Part shown: positions 1 to 10,841 of the stretch, one piece after another
How positions within the stretch are numbered: the stretch's first letter is position 1
Layout of the letters: every line of letters begins with the position of its first letter
NCBI GenBank assembly: GCA_002269645.1
Contig: NIVC01000034.1
Span: 1 to 64,000, forward strand
From: Macrostomum lignano
Taxonomy: Eukaryota
Reading direction: 5' to 3'
Length of the DNA: 64,000 nt
Notes under the pieces: generated by a model
What the model was told of the DNA's origin: nothing
What the model saw: only the letters and a program-made list of their open reading frames with translations
Databases searched by the model: none
Made by a program: the position numbers and the translations under genes

Positions 1-14
1 TTTGGTGCTTGAAA

Positions 15-699
15 ATGCAGCAGCCATACAATATGCAACTAGCTCACGATTCTACATTTATTATTGCTGGACCTTCAAACTCGGGTAAAACTGAATGGAC
101 GTTGCGTTGTTGACTGAACGAAAGAATTATTTGATAAAAACCGTGCCGTCTTGTTTGGTGCCATGGATCAAGTTTGAAACCAGACGATCAACAACGAATT
201 AGAACATGCTGGCAAAAAAGCGGTCTTGACCCTATTGTTTTTGTACCGAATTCACACCACAGATGATTAATCGTTTTTACCACACGATTTGGTTGTTGTT
301 GACGACTTGCAAAGCGAGATTGCTAAGTTGCCAGAATTTACTAGTATGTTTACAAAGCATGCGCATCATATCCCTTTGACTTGTCTGTACCTTTGTCAAG
401 GTCTTTTTAACAAGTCTGATCCAGAAGCACGCATGCGAAGTTTATCAGCTAGTTATATTTGTCTAACTCGTAGTGTGCGCGATCGAACCACAGTTGAACA
501 TCTCGGTCGACAAATGTATCCGCGTAATAGTAGGTTTCTAGTGAATGTGTATGAAGACGCAACAAATAACAAACCTTTTTCATATTTATTCATTGACCTG
601 CGGCAAGTGACACCAGATTTTTTACGATTGAGAACAGGAATATTTTCTGGTGATGAACAAGTTGTCTATACTCGTGAATGTGATGCAAAGTTTGTGTAA
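15..699 (+). pseudogene. A32/FtsK-like DNA packaging ATPase, frameshifted
   Basis: ATG at 15 gives MQQPYNMQLAHDSTFIIAGPSNSGKT (Walker A, 69-92), then a stop at about 111. Walker B VVVDDLQ and the YLFIDL motif are in ORF 289-699. The intervening segment needs frameshift(s). Confidence 0.85.
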
Positions 700-756
700 T
701 ATTATTATAAGCAAATTATAAACTGTTGTCAATATTAGTTTGTGTTTTATTTCAAA

Positions 757-1746
757 ATGAGTTTTTACGTTTTTTTGCCGTCAAACGATATCAGTTACGA
801 AACCAACTCGCCTAATGAATTTCGAGTGCGACTAACTGAACCAATAAATTTATTGAACGGATTCTTCGAGGTTGCACTAGTTGAATTACTGTGCCATGGA
901 GCAATTACGACGCCAAATGCTCATCGTGAGCGTCGATTTGAAGTTCCATATTTTGCGGACATTGACTCAATAATACGATTAAAGAAAAACTATTGGGGTC
1001 GTGTTTGGGCAGAGGCAGACTTGGATGCTTACGTTTCCTGGCAACCGTCTGGTACAGATGAAAAATTTGCCTGGCTTTTACGAAATTCAGGCGAAAAAAC
1101 TATTGGATTAGAACTACCAGTTACATTTATGGACGCTTTCAAATTTGACTCTTGGAAGAAACTTTCTGGACTTGTCTCGGAAAAATTATCAAAACCTGCC
1201 GCTGGTAGTGTACAACCACCGGATGGTTCATACTTGGATTTGATAAAAAGTCTCGACAATACTCTAGCGCTAGTACCTGAGAACTATTATGTTTTTTATT
1301 GTGTTCTATCGCCTGGTGAAGCTATACGACTTGTTTCGCATGGAGACTATCTTCGAAAAACGGAAGGAGAAGTGTACATCAAAGTACACCAATATTGGTT
1401 GAGAAATCGTGTTTGGCGCATTAACAAAACCTACTTGGATGCTGTGCTACCTTCTCCGATGCCTAGTAAAACGGTTTACATGTACTGTTACACAGATATA
1501 ATCGAGTATCAAGCAGTGGGAAGTACATCAGTACCGTTGCTTCGAGTTGTGGAACTCCAACAAAAGAAAAACGGAGAACTTATACGCGATAGCAGTGCAT
1601 TGCAAACACCCTACTACTTGAAAACAAATCGACAACAAATTCACGAGATTTCGATTCGACTATCGGACCAGCGCGGAAAACCGTTTAATTTTGATCCGGG
1701 AGCACACGTTGTTGTCGTACTGCATTTTAAACATAGGTCGGACTAA
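757..1746 (+). CDS. Polinton minor capsid protein (penton, single jelly-roll)
   Basis: N-terminal MSFYVFLPSN...NEFRVRL...FEVALVEL and C-terminal YCYTDIIEYQAVG..VPLLR...ISIRLSDQRG...VVVLHF are typical of Polinton pentons. Confidence 0.85.
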   Translation: MSFYVFLPSNDISYETNSPNEFRVRLTEPINLLNGFFEVALVELLCHGAITTPNAHRERRFEVPYFADIDSIIRLKKNYWGRVWAEADLDAYVSWQPSGTDEKFAWLLRNSGEKTIGLELPVTFMDAFKFDSWKKLSGLVSEKLSKPAAGSVQPPDGSYLDLIKSLDNTLALVPENYYVFYCVLSPGEAIRLVSHGDYLRKTEGEVYIKVHQYWLRNRVWRINKTYLDAVLPSPMPSKTVYMYCYTDIIEYQAVGSTSVPLLRVVELQQKKNGELIRDSSALQTPYYLKTNRQQIHEISIRLSDQRGKPFNFDPGAHVVVVLHFKHRSD

Positions 1747-1802
1747 TTTATAAGCAAAGATTAATTGTGTAATAGAAAATTTTGTGAATTTGTTTTGTAA
1801 GA

Positions 1803-2231
1803 ATGAGCGAACTAACAGAAAAAGGAAAACAAAATGCTCGCTCATTGTGTCAGTGTGCTTTTTTACTACAAATTGTTTATCGGCTAAAGCATCCAAAGCA
1901 GAGAAAAAGTTTTTTACAAACACTTTCAGAGTCGGAGATACGATGTCTAGTAGACTTTCTGTTTAATATTATTAGTGGACGTATTAAAATTAGTAACTGT
2001 AACAAAAGACGACTTGAGAAGCATCGCAGATATATACGCCAGCTTTTGGAACAGAAGACTCCAATTACTGCAAAAAGGAAAATACTTGTCCAACACGGAG
2101 GATTTTTACCTTTTTTGGCTCCAATTATTGCCGCTCTACCTGCTATAAGCACTGCGCTTGGGATAACGTCTGGAGTAGTTGGTACCGCCGCGGGAGCAGC
2201 GAATTTAATACGATCAATTCAACGAAAGTAG
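1803..2231 (+). CDS. Polinton small basic protein with adenovirus pX/Mu-like GGFLP motif
   Basis: Basic N-terminal half, then QHGGFLPFLAPIIAALPAISTALG, a hydrophobic helix following a GG protease-type site. Confidence 0.65.
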   Translation: MSELTEKGKQNARSLCQCAFLLQIVYRLKHPKQRKSFLQTLSESEIRCLVDFLFNIISGRIKISNCNKRRLEKHRRYIRQLLEQKTPITAKRKILVQHGGFLPFLAPIIAALPAISTALGITSGVVGTAAGAANLIRSIQRK

Positions 2232-2241
2232 TAGGAATATA

Positions 2242-2931
2242 ATGCGAACTAACGAGAGTAGTAGTTTTCAACGAATGTATCTAGTACCTGAATCTGTGTA
2301 TCAATCTGCATGTCAAGGTGCAGAGCAAGGATCGTCACCAACTGCTGAGACACCTCGAAAAACTGAAGTTTTAGACGCACCGCAAGATGCTCTGGCAAAA
2401 AATATGGTGGAAATGAGAGACCAAATGGATAACTTGGACAAGGAAATGGAAAAGGAGCCAAATTACACAGCTCAATTGAAACGAAGCAGATTGGAAGACA
2501 AACTTTTAAAATTGCGCAAAGTCTATCGCACTGGAGACGAGGACAATCTGTCACTTGTTCGCAAAGGGACTACTGTAAGAAGTTCATATGCCAGCGAATC
2601 AAGGGAAATTCCTAAAGTTTTTTTACCACGTTTCGAAGCTCTCGCTCAAAACCTATTTTCGGACATGGACAAGAATGCAGAACCAATGCTGGCTAATTTG
2701 ACTGATGCCGAGATACAAGATCTCATGGAATATGTTGTTCGAGACAGACCGCTTAAGCGACACGAGACTCAACCGCCTAGTGGACTAAAAACATTTTTAG
2801 ACTTTCTTCGAAAACGTGGAATCGCAGCAAACCAAATCGGGCGTCATGTACGAAACGAGCTAATGTCTGCTCCAAAAACTGTTGCAAAGGAGGATCTTAG
2901 TCTGTTTGAAAATTATCAAACACTGAATTAA
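2242..2931 (+). CDS. Conserved Polinton hypothetical protein
   Basis: 229-aa ORF in the module. The N-terminal RMYLVPES motif resembles that of uncharacterised Maverick ORFs. Confidence 0.55.
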   Translation: MRTNESSSFQRMYLVPESVYQSACQGAEQGSSPTAETPRKTEVLDAPQDALAKNMVEMRDQMDNLDKEMEKEPNYTAQLKRSRLEDKLLKLRKVYRTGDEDNLSLVRKGTTVRSSYASESREIPKVFLPRFEALAQNLFSDMDKNAEPMLANLTDAEIQDLMEYVVRDRPLKRHETQPPSGLKTFLDFLRKRGIAANQIGRHVRNELMSAPKTVAKEDLSLFENYQTLN

Positions 2932-3043
2932 GTTGTTTTAAAATTACAGATTACGTTTTAACAAAATTGATTCGAGCACTATAAGCTTTTTAAAAAGGTT
3001 AATTTTTTGTTTATGAAAAATATATAGTTTAATAAGACAAACC

Positions 3044-3232
3044 ATGTCATCTATCTTCCAAAAACTTTTGATTCGTCTCTGTGAGTTTTTTTGCATAAAA
3101 TCTGAATGTGTGCCGTTTCTGGGAAAGGAGCACAACGAGGATACTGACGGAGATTCGATCGAGGCTTCGTTCTTTTGTTGCAACTGTCAAACGACTAGCA
3201 TCAATCTAACTGATGATGAAGCGAGTGCGTAA
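3044..3232 (+). CDS. Small Cys-containing hypothetical protein
   Basis: 62-aa ATG-initiated ORF whose stop overlaps the integrase start. No recognisable domain. Confidence 0.3.
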   Translation: MSSIFQKLLIRLCEFFCIKSECVPFLGKEHNEDTDGDSIEASFFCCNCQTTSINLTDDEASA

Positions 3233-4373
3233 GGAAATTGAAGAATTTTTGACGGATGCTTTTTTTAACTTGAACAGGCCTACTTCATTTAGTGGTAACA
3301 AGACTATACTTGTTCGTGAAGTACGTAAAAAGTTTCCACAGATTACGAACAAAGTTGCAAAGCGCGAAGTTGATAATTGGGTGCGATCAACAAATGAGCA
3401 TCATTTATTTCGAAAAACACGACGAAACTTTCCAACTCCAAAAATTAGTGTGCCACCAGTTGCAAAGTTTCAGTTTCAAATCGATTTGGCAGATTTACCT
3501 CAATACAAGACGGAAAATCGAGGTTATCGTTACATACTTGTTCTTATCGACTGTTTTACTAGAGTTGTACGACTAAGACCATTGCGTACAAAGAAGCCTT
3601 CAGAAGTTAGTCAAGTATTACTAGAGATTTTTCGAAGTGGTTTTAAGCCTGTTTATTTACAAGGTGATGCTGGTATGGAGTTTCTCGGAAGAGCTACACG
3701 TCAAATGCTGAAACAGGAAGGAGTTCGATTTTTTGTTAGCCAAAGCAATTACAAGGCAAGCATGGCTGAACGATTTATCCGCTCGTTAAAGGAACGTCTA
3801 TTACGATACTTTCGAGCAAAAAATTTACCTCGATGGTTTGACATTTTACCGCAATTGGAAGATAATTTCAACTCTAGTCCTCATCGATCCTTGAGTGGAG
3901 AAACACCAAAACGGGTAGAGACAGACCCGCATTTACAAGGAATTTTGTGGGACAAAATGTTTGCGAAGTCGTACACTAAAAAGAATGAGAATAAATTTAA
4001 AGTTGGTGATTGGGTTAGAATTACACGACGTCGAGGAACATTTGAAAAAGGATACACTACGACTTGGAGTAATTCAAAATATCGCATTCATCGTGTACAC
4101 TTGACAGACCCGCCAATGTACGAATTAGTGGACCCTGAAGATGGATTTGAAGTGCTGAAAGGAAGGTTTAACCAAGCGGAACTAATGTTGGTAAACGAGA
4201 CAGATGAAACACCTAATGAAATTGAAAAAGTTATTGAAACTGATCGAGCGAAAAATGGAAGTCGTCTGTATCTAGTAAAATGGAAAGGTATGCCAATCTC
4301 AAGAAGTCAGTGGTTAAACGAAAATGATCTTGACGCAAAGACTGCTAAACTATTTTCTAAAGTGTATAAGTAA
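3213..4373 (+). CDS. Retroviral-like (rve) DDE integrase with C-terminal chromodomain
   Basis: FQIDLADL (D), LQGDAGMEF (D), SMAERFIR (E). C-terminal EIEKVIE...YLVKWKG..SQWL chromodomain. Confidence 0.95.
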   Translation: MMKRVRKEIEEFLTDAFFNLNRPTSFSGNKTILVREVRKKFPQITNKVAKREVDNWVRSTNEHHLFRKTRRNFPTPKISVPPVAKFQFQIDLADLPQYKTENRGYRYILVLIDCFTRVVRLRPLRTKKPSEVSQVLLEIFRSGFKPVYLQGDAGMEFLGRATRQMLKQEGVRFFVSQSNYKASMAERFIRSLKERLLRYFRAKNLPRWFDILPQLEDNFNSSPHRSLSGETPKRVETDPHLQGILWDKMFAKSYTKKNENKFKVGDWVRITRRRGTFEKGYTTTWSNSKYRIHRVHLTDPPMYELVDPEDGFEVLKGRFNQAELMLVNETDETPNEIEKVIETDRAKNGSRLYLVKWKGMPISRSQWLNENDLDAKTAKLFSKVYK

Positions 4374-4381
4374 CACATGAA

Positions 4382-4873
4382 TTGGGATTGCATGACGAAG
4401 AGAAGACTGTTGAAATGGATCCTATTTTTGCTTTTTATTCTGGTCCGAATAGATCTGCTGAAGGTGGAGGTGGATATGGCATTCCTGTTTACGAAGGTTA
4501 CGGTTTTTTGTCAAATTTGGCGGACAGATTGGTGTATCCTGTACTACGCAACGCAAAGAAAGATTTCTTGGATCGTGGTCTGGAGTATTTGAAAAGTGCG
4601 ACAGCAAAAATTGGTATGGGTCGGAAGCGTCACTTGGACACAGAATCGAGCGAAGAGATGTTTAATACAACTGCAGTTTCGAGACCAAAGCGAAGGAAAA
4701 GAACCAGTGGAGTGGCTATAAGCTTAGGAAAGAAGAAACGGCAAAAGAAACGACGAACAAGACAGTGTGGAAAGGGACGCGTGAACAAAAGAAAACGCAA
4801 GAAGACCGGTGGTATAGGAAAACGTCGAACTGCTACTGCAAGCAAGAAACTTTTTAGTCTGTTTGAAAAGTAG
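4382..4873 (+). CDS. Polinton basic core (pVII-like) protein
   Basis: EGGGGYGIPVYEGYGFLSNL Gly motifs followed by an extremely K/R-rich C-terminus. Confidence 0.6.
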   Translation: MGLHDEEKTVEMDPIFAFYSGPNRSAEGGGGYGIPVYEGYGFLSNLADRLVYPVLRNAKKDFLDRGLEYLKSATAKIGMGRKRHLDTESSEEMFNTTAVSRPKRRKRTSGVAISLGKKKRQKKRRTRQCGKGRVNKRKRKKTGGIGKRRTATASKKLFSLFEK

Positions 4874-4874
4874 C

Positions 4875-6196
4875 ATGAACCATTTGCTTGGACCTGATAT
4901 TGCTGCTCTTAAAAGTGAATTGTCGCTATTTGATCAAAGTCCTGTTCAGTTTAGTGTTTTGGATAATCGATATACTAACATTCAACCGCAACATGGTATT
5001 ACAAAAGGATCACCTATCGAATTTGAAGTTGTGCCTGCAGGCGATTTGTATTTGGATCTACAAGAAACTGTGCTCACGGTATGCTTCAGCGTTAGTGATA
5101 GTGAAGGTGAACCTATAGATGCAACGAAAAATTTTGTTTGTTTGAATAATTTGGTTATTGGAACATTGTTTGAGGACGTTCAATTTACTATTGGCGATAC
5201 TGTAGTTGAAGGTGGTAGTTTTATGTATCCATACAAGGCTATGCTTCTTACATTACTGGAATATGGACATACAGCTCAGAAGGCTGGTTTACTGCCGTGG
5301 GGGTTTTACAAGGATACAGCTGGTAAAATGAATGCAACAAGTGAAAACGATGGACGAACAAAGAGGCAGGCGCTCATTGCTAACAATAGGCGGTGCACTG
5401 TATCGGGCCGTTATTCTTGGATTTGTTTCGTCAGCCTCGGTATCTACTATCAAAGACACCACTACGGATCAAGCTCATACCGGCAAAAAGTAAATTTGTC
5501 CTGAGCGGGTCAACATTAGAAGCTGGTGCGGTTTTAAAAGACTATGAGATCAAGTTTTTGCGTGCAGAACTACGATTGCGGTTTGTTCAACCCTCGCCGA
5601 GTGTTATCAGTGCACATGCTCATGGACTTAAAAGTCACAATGCATTATATCCGCACCGAAGTCTAAGCCTTGGTACGTTTACTATACCCCGAGGATCGTC
5701 TAGCCATACGCATGAAAATTTGTTTCCTAGTGGGGTACCACGGCTTTTATTGATGGCAATCGTAAGCAACAAGGCATTCAATGGAAGCATGGACACAAAT
5801 CCGTTCAACTTTGAGCATGCAAATGTGAGCAGCATTGGTGTGTTTGTGAATGGAGACTCGGTACCATCGCGTCCGCTGCAGACAAACTTTGGAGATGATT
5901 GTGTGACAGAGTATAATTTTTTGCTACAACAGCTTGGAATCTATCTACAGGGACGAGATATTGGATTTAATATGCTGGATTACGCCAATGGTTACTCAAT
6001 TTTTGCATTCAGTCTTGGAAGTGAACCTGGTGTCGGACGGGGAGTGCAACTGTATAAGGAAGGAAATGTAAAACTAGAGTTACGCTTCAATGCTGCAACT
6101 AGTACCGTGTACAACGTCATATTTGGAGGTATATTTGACAAGCAACTGCAACTGACTGAACTTCGCGACATTGTTCCTGGCACAGTATGGAAGTAA
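4875..6196 (+). CDS. Polinton major capsid protein (double jelly-roll, hexon-like) with a 1-nt frameshift near 5400-5410
   Basis: MNHLLG...KSELSLF, PIEFEV, YLDLQET, YPYKA in frame 1. GPLFLDLFRQPRYLL, NPFNFEH, GYSIFAF, GNVKLELRF in ORF 5393-6196. The frames join by a -1 shift. Confidence 0.9.
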
Positions 6197-6750
6197 TTGA
6201 TTCTATCCTAGATCGTGGTGTAACAGATCGCTTCCTTCGCAATGTTGTATCGAAATTGTGCGCACATTTTTTAAATGTTGTATTTCTTGGTGTTTTTCCT
6301 CAAAACTTTGTTGGTGGACTTAGACGCTTACCTTTAGACGGTAAAGACTATTTTTTTATCGTTAATACTGACGTCTCCAACCTGCCCGGAAAACATTGGG
6401 TATGCGTTTGGGTTTATGGTCATCGAGCAGGTCGCGGTAGCAAACGACTTGGTGAATATTTTGATTCTCTTGGTCTAGTACCATTGCCAAGAATAGCAAA
6501 ATGGCTAGGAAAAGAATGTGGAAATTCGAAAAATTGGTGTTATAGTCGCTTTGCTATCCAAGACCCACAGAGTGGAAGTTGTGGATTTTGGGTAATTTTT
6601 TATATTTTTCATAAGTTGACTACCAGAGGAAACCTAGAGTGTTTTATTCGAAGCGTTTTTAAACGGAATATAATTCGCACTGGTTCGTTTCGATACTTGT
6701 ATGCTAAATTACGCAATTTTGTTTTACGAGTGCTGCCTCAATATTTGTAA
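6187..6750 (+). CDS. Adenain-like cysteine protease (virion maturation)
   Basis: IVNTD..PGKHW (His), YFDSLG (Asp), IQDPQSGSCG (Gln, Cys) catalytic motifs. Confidence 0.93.
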   Translation: MEVIDSILDRGVTDRFLRNVVSKLCAHFLNVVFLGVFPQNFVGGLRRLPLDGKDYFFIVNTDVSNLPGKHWVCVWVYGHRAGRGSKRLGEYFDSLGLVPLPRIAKWLGKECGNSKNWCYSRFAIQDPQSGSCGFWVIFYIFHKLTTRGNLECFIRSVFKRNIIRTGSFRYLYAKLRNFVLRVLPQYL

Positions 6751-6964
6751 ACTCGCTAATTTGTGCGTCAAATTGTGTTTGTATCTAGTTGAAATATACA
6801 ATACTGCTTGAAAAGAAGAATTTAAATGCGTTAAGTTATACGCGAAATAAGCTTTGTGTCAAATTGAATTTTGGTTGGGCTTGTAATTAGCTGCATTCAT
6901 TGCGGATAGAATTTAGGTGGATAGACAGGTGTTTGCGTAAAAGTGATTCAGCTAATTGGTTAAT

Positions 6965-8248
6965 TCATTGCGTAAAAGCTAGTTTGCGTGCACGGCAAAT
7001 TTCAGACTCTGCCATTTTTTTGGGCCTGTACTTACTATGTATTTCGCCATAAGGAAATCGGCTTTGTGTCAAAAAAACGTATACTACTGAGCCAAACGCA
7101 CCATTAGACTGCTCTGGGGCATGAGAATCGGCTGTGTTGTAATCTGCGGCAACCTGCTGGGCGGTGCCATCTTGCTGTTGAGTTCCCGCAGGTGGTGGCA
7201 GCTGCTGGGCGGTGCCGTCTTGCTGTTGAATTCCCGCAGGTGGTGGCAGCTGCTGGGCGGTGCCGTCTTGCTGTTGAATTCCCGCAGGTGGTGGCAGCTG
7301 CTGGGCGGTGCCATCTTGCTGTTGAGTTCCCGCAGGTGGTGGCAGCTGCTGGGCGGTGCCGTCTTGCTGTTGAGTTCCCGCAGGTGGTGGCAGCTGCTGG
7401 GCGGTGCCGTCTTGCTGTTGAATTCCCGCAGGTGGTGGCAGCTGCTGGGCGGTGCCGTCTTGCTGTTGAATTCCCGCAGGTGGTGGCAGCTGCTGGGCGG
7501 TGCCGTCTTGCTGTTGAATTCCCGCAGGTGGTGGCAGCTGCTGGGCGGTGCCATCTTGCTGTTGAATTGCCGCAGGTGGTGGCAGCTGCTGGGCGGTGCC
7601 ATCTTGCTGTTGAATGTCCACAGGTGCTGGCTCGCAGATGCCGGGAGGCTGCTCATTAATGATAGCAATGTCGCTGTCCTCAGTCTCCTCACCGGTTGGC
7701 ACTTCGTACAGTAGGCTGCCCGGACTGTCCATGCGAATCTGCTTTCCTCTGATAACCGGGAAATGTCTAGCCGACTGAGCAGCGAGTGGGCGTTGGAATT
7801 GTGGCTGCTGCTGCTGCTCAACAAAGTCATCATCGCTGTTACAGCCGTCTCTAATTACACCGTTTATTAATTGGCTGAGAGCCTGTCGTGCAGCGGTTTG
7901 CTCTCCGGCTATTTGATGTGCTTTCTGCATAACTATGCGTCTAAATGTTTTTATTCCATTGTCTCCAGTAGGTAGCTGCTGGTGTCCGCGGTGAGCTTTG
8001 AATTTTCCTATATTTCCTTCACGCTTTTTTACAACGCCAAACTGCCAACAAGCGCTAAAAATGCGCTTGTTGCACTCTTTTTGACAGCCAGTCTTTAAAA
8101 ATCCAACAACGCATTTGTTTCTCCATTGTTTCGGTGGAAGTGAGAATTTGGAAAGACTGCAGTTATTTTTTACCTCATTTATATACAACGAGGCCAACTC
8201 CTCCGTTGGCGGAGTGAGGGGATAGAACTCCCATCGCCAGAATTTCAT
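6965..8248 (-). CDS. Hypothetical Gln/Pro-rich repeat protein, probably a 5'-truncated Polinton gene
   Basis: 427-aa ORF. The first ~21 codons come from the Helitron-like repeat (same text at about 10843-10905). Contains 10 copies of QQQDGTAQQLPPPAGI. Confidence 0.5.
   Translation of the reverse strand: MKFWRWEFYPLTPPTEELASLYINEVKNNCSLSKFSLPPKQWRNKCVVGFLKTGCQKECNKRIFSACWQFGVVKKREGNIGKFKAHRGHQQLPTGDNGIKTFRRIVMQKAHQIAGEQTAARQALSQLINGVIRDGCNSDDDFVEQQQQPQFQRPLAAQSARHFPVIRGKQIRMDSPGSLLYEVPTGEETEDSDIAIINEQPPGICEPAPVDIQQQDGTAQQLPPPAAIQQQDGTAQQLPPPAGIQQQDGTAQQLPPPAGIQQQDGTAQQLPPPAGIQQQDGTAQQLPPPAGTQQQDGTAQQLPPPAGTQQQDGTAQQLPPPAGIQQQDGTAQQLPPPAGIQQQDGTAQQLPPPAGTQQQDGTAQQVAADYNTADSHAPEQSNGAFGSVVYVFLTQSRFPYGEIHSKYRPKKMAESEICRARKLAFTQ
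7153..7616 (-). repeat. 48-bp coding tandem repeat, about 10 copies
   Basis: Unit gcaggtggtggcagctgctgggcggtgccgtcttgctgttgaattccc = 16 aa. Confidence 0.95.
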
Positions 8249-10841
8249 TCCCCGAAACCATCAGCTGAATCCAATGACACGAATCCCATCGTCCAAATCC
8301 TCTCCAAATCCTATATTAACCTCCCAAAAACCATGTTGTTTTACCTGTGTGCAAAAATTGACTGCCTGCCATCGTCCAGACTGAGACTCTCGTCTGTCTC
8401 CTCTCTCCTCTTTGCTCTCTCATCTCTAATCTCTCCTATCTCCTCTCTGCTCTCTCATCTCTAATCTCTCCTATCTCCTCTCTGCTCTCATCTCCTCGCT
8501 TATCTATCATTTCTCATGTCTACTCTCTTATCTCTCCTCACTACTTTCTCCTCTCAACTTTTTCCTCTCTCCTCTTTTATCTCTTCTCTCTCCTCTCCTT
8601 TATCTCCTCTCTGCTCTCTCATCTCTCTACTTTCTCCCCTCTCCTCTCTCCCTTATCCTCTTGCTTCTCTCTCCTCTCTCTCCCCTCATCTCTACTAATT
8701 TATCTCTTCTCTCTCGTCTTTTGGCTCTACTCCCTCTGTCTCCTCTTTCTCCTCTCTTACCCCTCTCCTCTCTCCTCTCAATTCCTTCATCTCTTCTCTC
8801 GCCTTTATTCTCTTTTTTTCTTTTCTCTAATCTGTCCCTTTTAATTCTCTCTTTTCATGTTCTCTTTCATCTAATCTTTTATCTACTCTAGCCTTTTCTC
8901 TTTTCTCTATTCCCTTTCAATTTAACCATTTCATCCTCTCCATGAAACAGCTATCATCAAAATCCTCTCCGTTAAACTGCAATCTAGCTTGTATCATCCT
9001 CCTTCAAGCTACAATCCATCGATTTAAAAAAATACTATCTCTATCAAATTTCAGTCAATCAAGACTATGAAACTGAAGTCTATAAAAATATGATTTTTAC
9101 TTGTCTGGGTATACGTCAAAAAATCTTCCAAATCTTCCAAATCCTCCATAAAACCTCTGAAATATCATAGCATGTTTTCCCTGTTTACAAAAATTGACTG
9201 CCATCGTCCAGACTGAGACTCTCTCCTGTCGCCTCTCTCCTCTTTGCTCCTTTATCTAATCTCTTCTTTCTGCTTCCTGCTCTCCATCTCCTCTCTCATC
9301 TCTACTCTTACTTTCTTATCAATCACCTCCCATCTCTCATCTCTCCCCTCTACGCTCTCATCTCTATTTTCTCATCTCTATTCTCTCATCTTTCCCCTTT
9401 TGCTCTCTCATTTGTTTTTTCATCTCTCTCTTCTCTCCCTTCTCTTCTCGCTTCGCTCTCTCCCCTCTTCTCTCTATCTCTTCTCTCATGTCTTCTCTCA
9501 ATTCTCTCTATCTCTCCTCTTCTCTCTCATCTCTCATCTCTACTCGCTTATCTATCGCCTCTCCTCTACCCTGTCCTCTCTCTCTCCTCTTTTTTCTCTC
9601 TCGTCTCTCCTCTCTGCTCTCAATTCTCATACTCCTATTTTCTCTCTTACCCTCTCCCTCTTCATCTCTCATCTTTCCCCTCTTCTCTCTACCGTCTCCT
9701 GTCTCATCTCTCCTCTCTCTTCTCTCTCCTCTGTACTATCTTATCCCTCCTCTCTCCTCCCATCTTTCCTCCCTCCTTTGCTCTCTCATTTTCCTCTCTC
9801 CCCTCCTTTCTTCCCTCTACTTTCTCTTCTCTTCGCTCTCCCTCTTCATCATTCCCGCCTCACTCCCCTCTTCTCTCCCCTCTGGCTCTGTCGTCTTTAA
9901 TCTCTTATCTCTCATACGAGTATCTACTGTCTTTCTATCATCTTTCTATCCTCTCTTCTCCTTGAAATCTCTCTTCTCTTTACTCTCTTATCTGACGGAC
10001 TGAAAGCGCCGATAATCAAACCAATTGAAATTTGTTACCAGCCTCCTCCATTACTGAATTTACTCAAATGATAGCTGGCCTGAATTTGTGTACTCAACCC
10101 CCCCCCCAACTACAATCTTGGCAGAAATTTTAAAAGTATGGAATCGTTTTTTCAATGCTGTGCTTTTTGTTTTCATATTTAAAGCAAATAACTTACATCC
10201 CCGAATTCAGCGTTGCAAGATCCTTCCAGCAATATAAGTCTCTCCTCTCAAAGTTAAAAAAAGGAACAGTTAACGTCTGAACTTCCCGGTTCAAAGCATT
10301 AAGTATCGAGTGTACATTCACCTGCCTGCTGTTTATTCATTGAATTTCACTGCCCAGCTAATATACAGACAGGCTGCCTTTTGAAAGGCGCCGATAGTAA
10401 AACCAATTGAATCTCGACACAGTCCTATCTATCTGTTTACAATGTACATTGCTATGTACACTCAGCCCAAACCAACCCTCCGTTCTGGAGGGAAGCATTA
10501 AATTTAACTGAACCCCCAACACGCGGGGGTTTTATTAGCATTGAACCCAGAACACGCATCAACCACCCCTCCAATACACAGCGACCTGCGGGGGGAGGTT
10601 GGGGTGGTTGTTTTTACAATAATGCCACTGGAGAGGCAAAGTGGCCAAAGAAGGTTAAGAAAACAGTTTTTTGCTTTTTTAACGGACTTGAATTTTAATT
10701 TTTCAACATTAAAATAGCCTATTTGTTGCGTAGGAAAATTTTGAATTGATATATGTAAGTCCCGCATTTGAGCTGCCAGCCGTCTAGGAGGAGATACGCG
10801 TTAAACCCGGCCGGTCGATCGACCCACTCAGCTTTAGATAT
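8187..10841 (-). mobile_element. Non-autonomous Helitron/Helentron-like element, copy A (CT-rich core, internal duplication)
   Basis: On the minus strand it starts TTATATCTAAAGCTGAG and ends with hairpin CTCCG-CCAA-CGGAG (8201-8214) followed by GGCCTCGT(T). No TIR or TSD seen. Confidence 0.5.

Larger units (their letters stand above)
1..8186 (+). mobile_element. Polinton/Maverick element, partial (virion morphogenesis module plus integrase; pPolB and TIRs not in window)
   Basis: Tightly packed intronless ORFs with ATPase, penton, integrase, MCP and adenain signatures. Interrupted at about 8187 by a host repeat. Confidence 0.93.

Noticed and set aside
5395-5412. Programmed -1 frameshift in the MCP
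   Set aside because: No slippery heptamer or obvious downstream structure. A 1-nt deletion is simpler.
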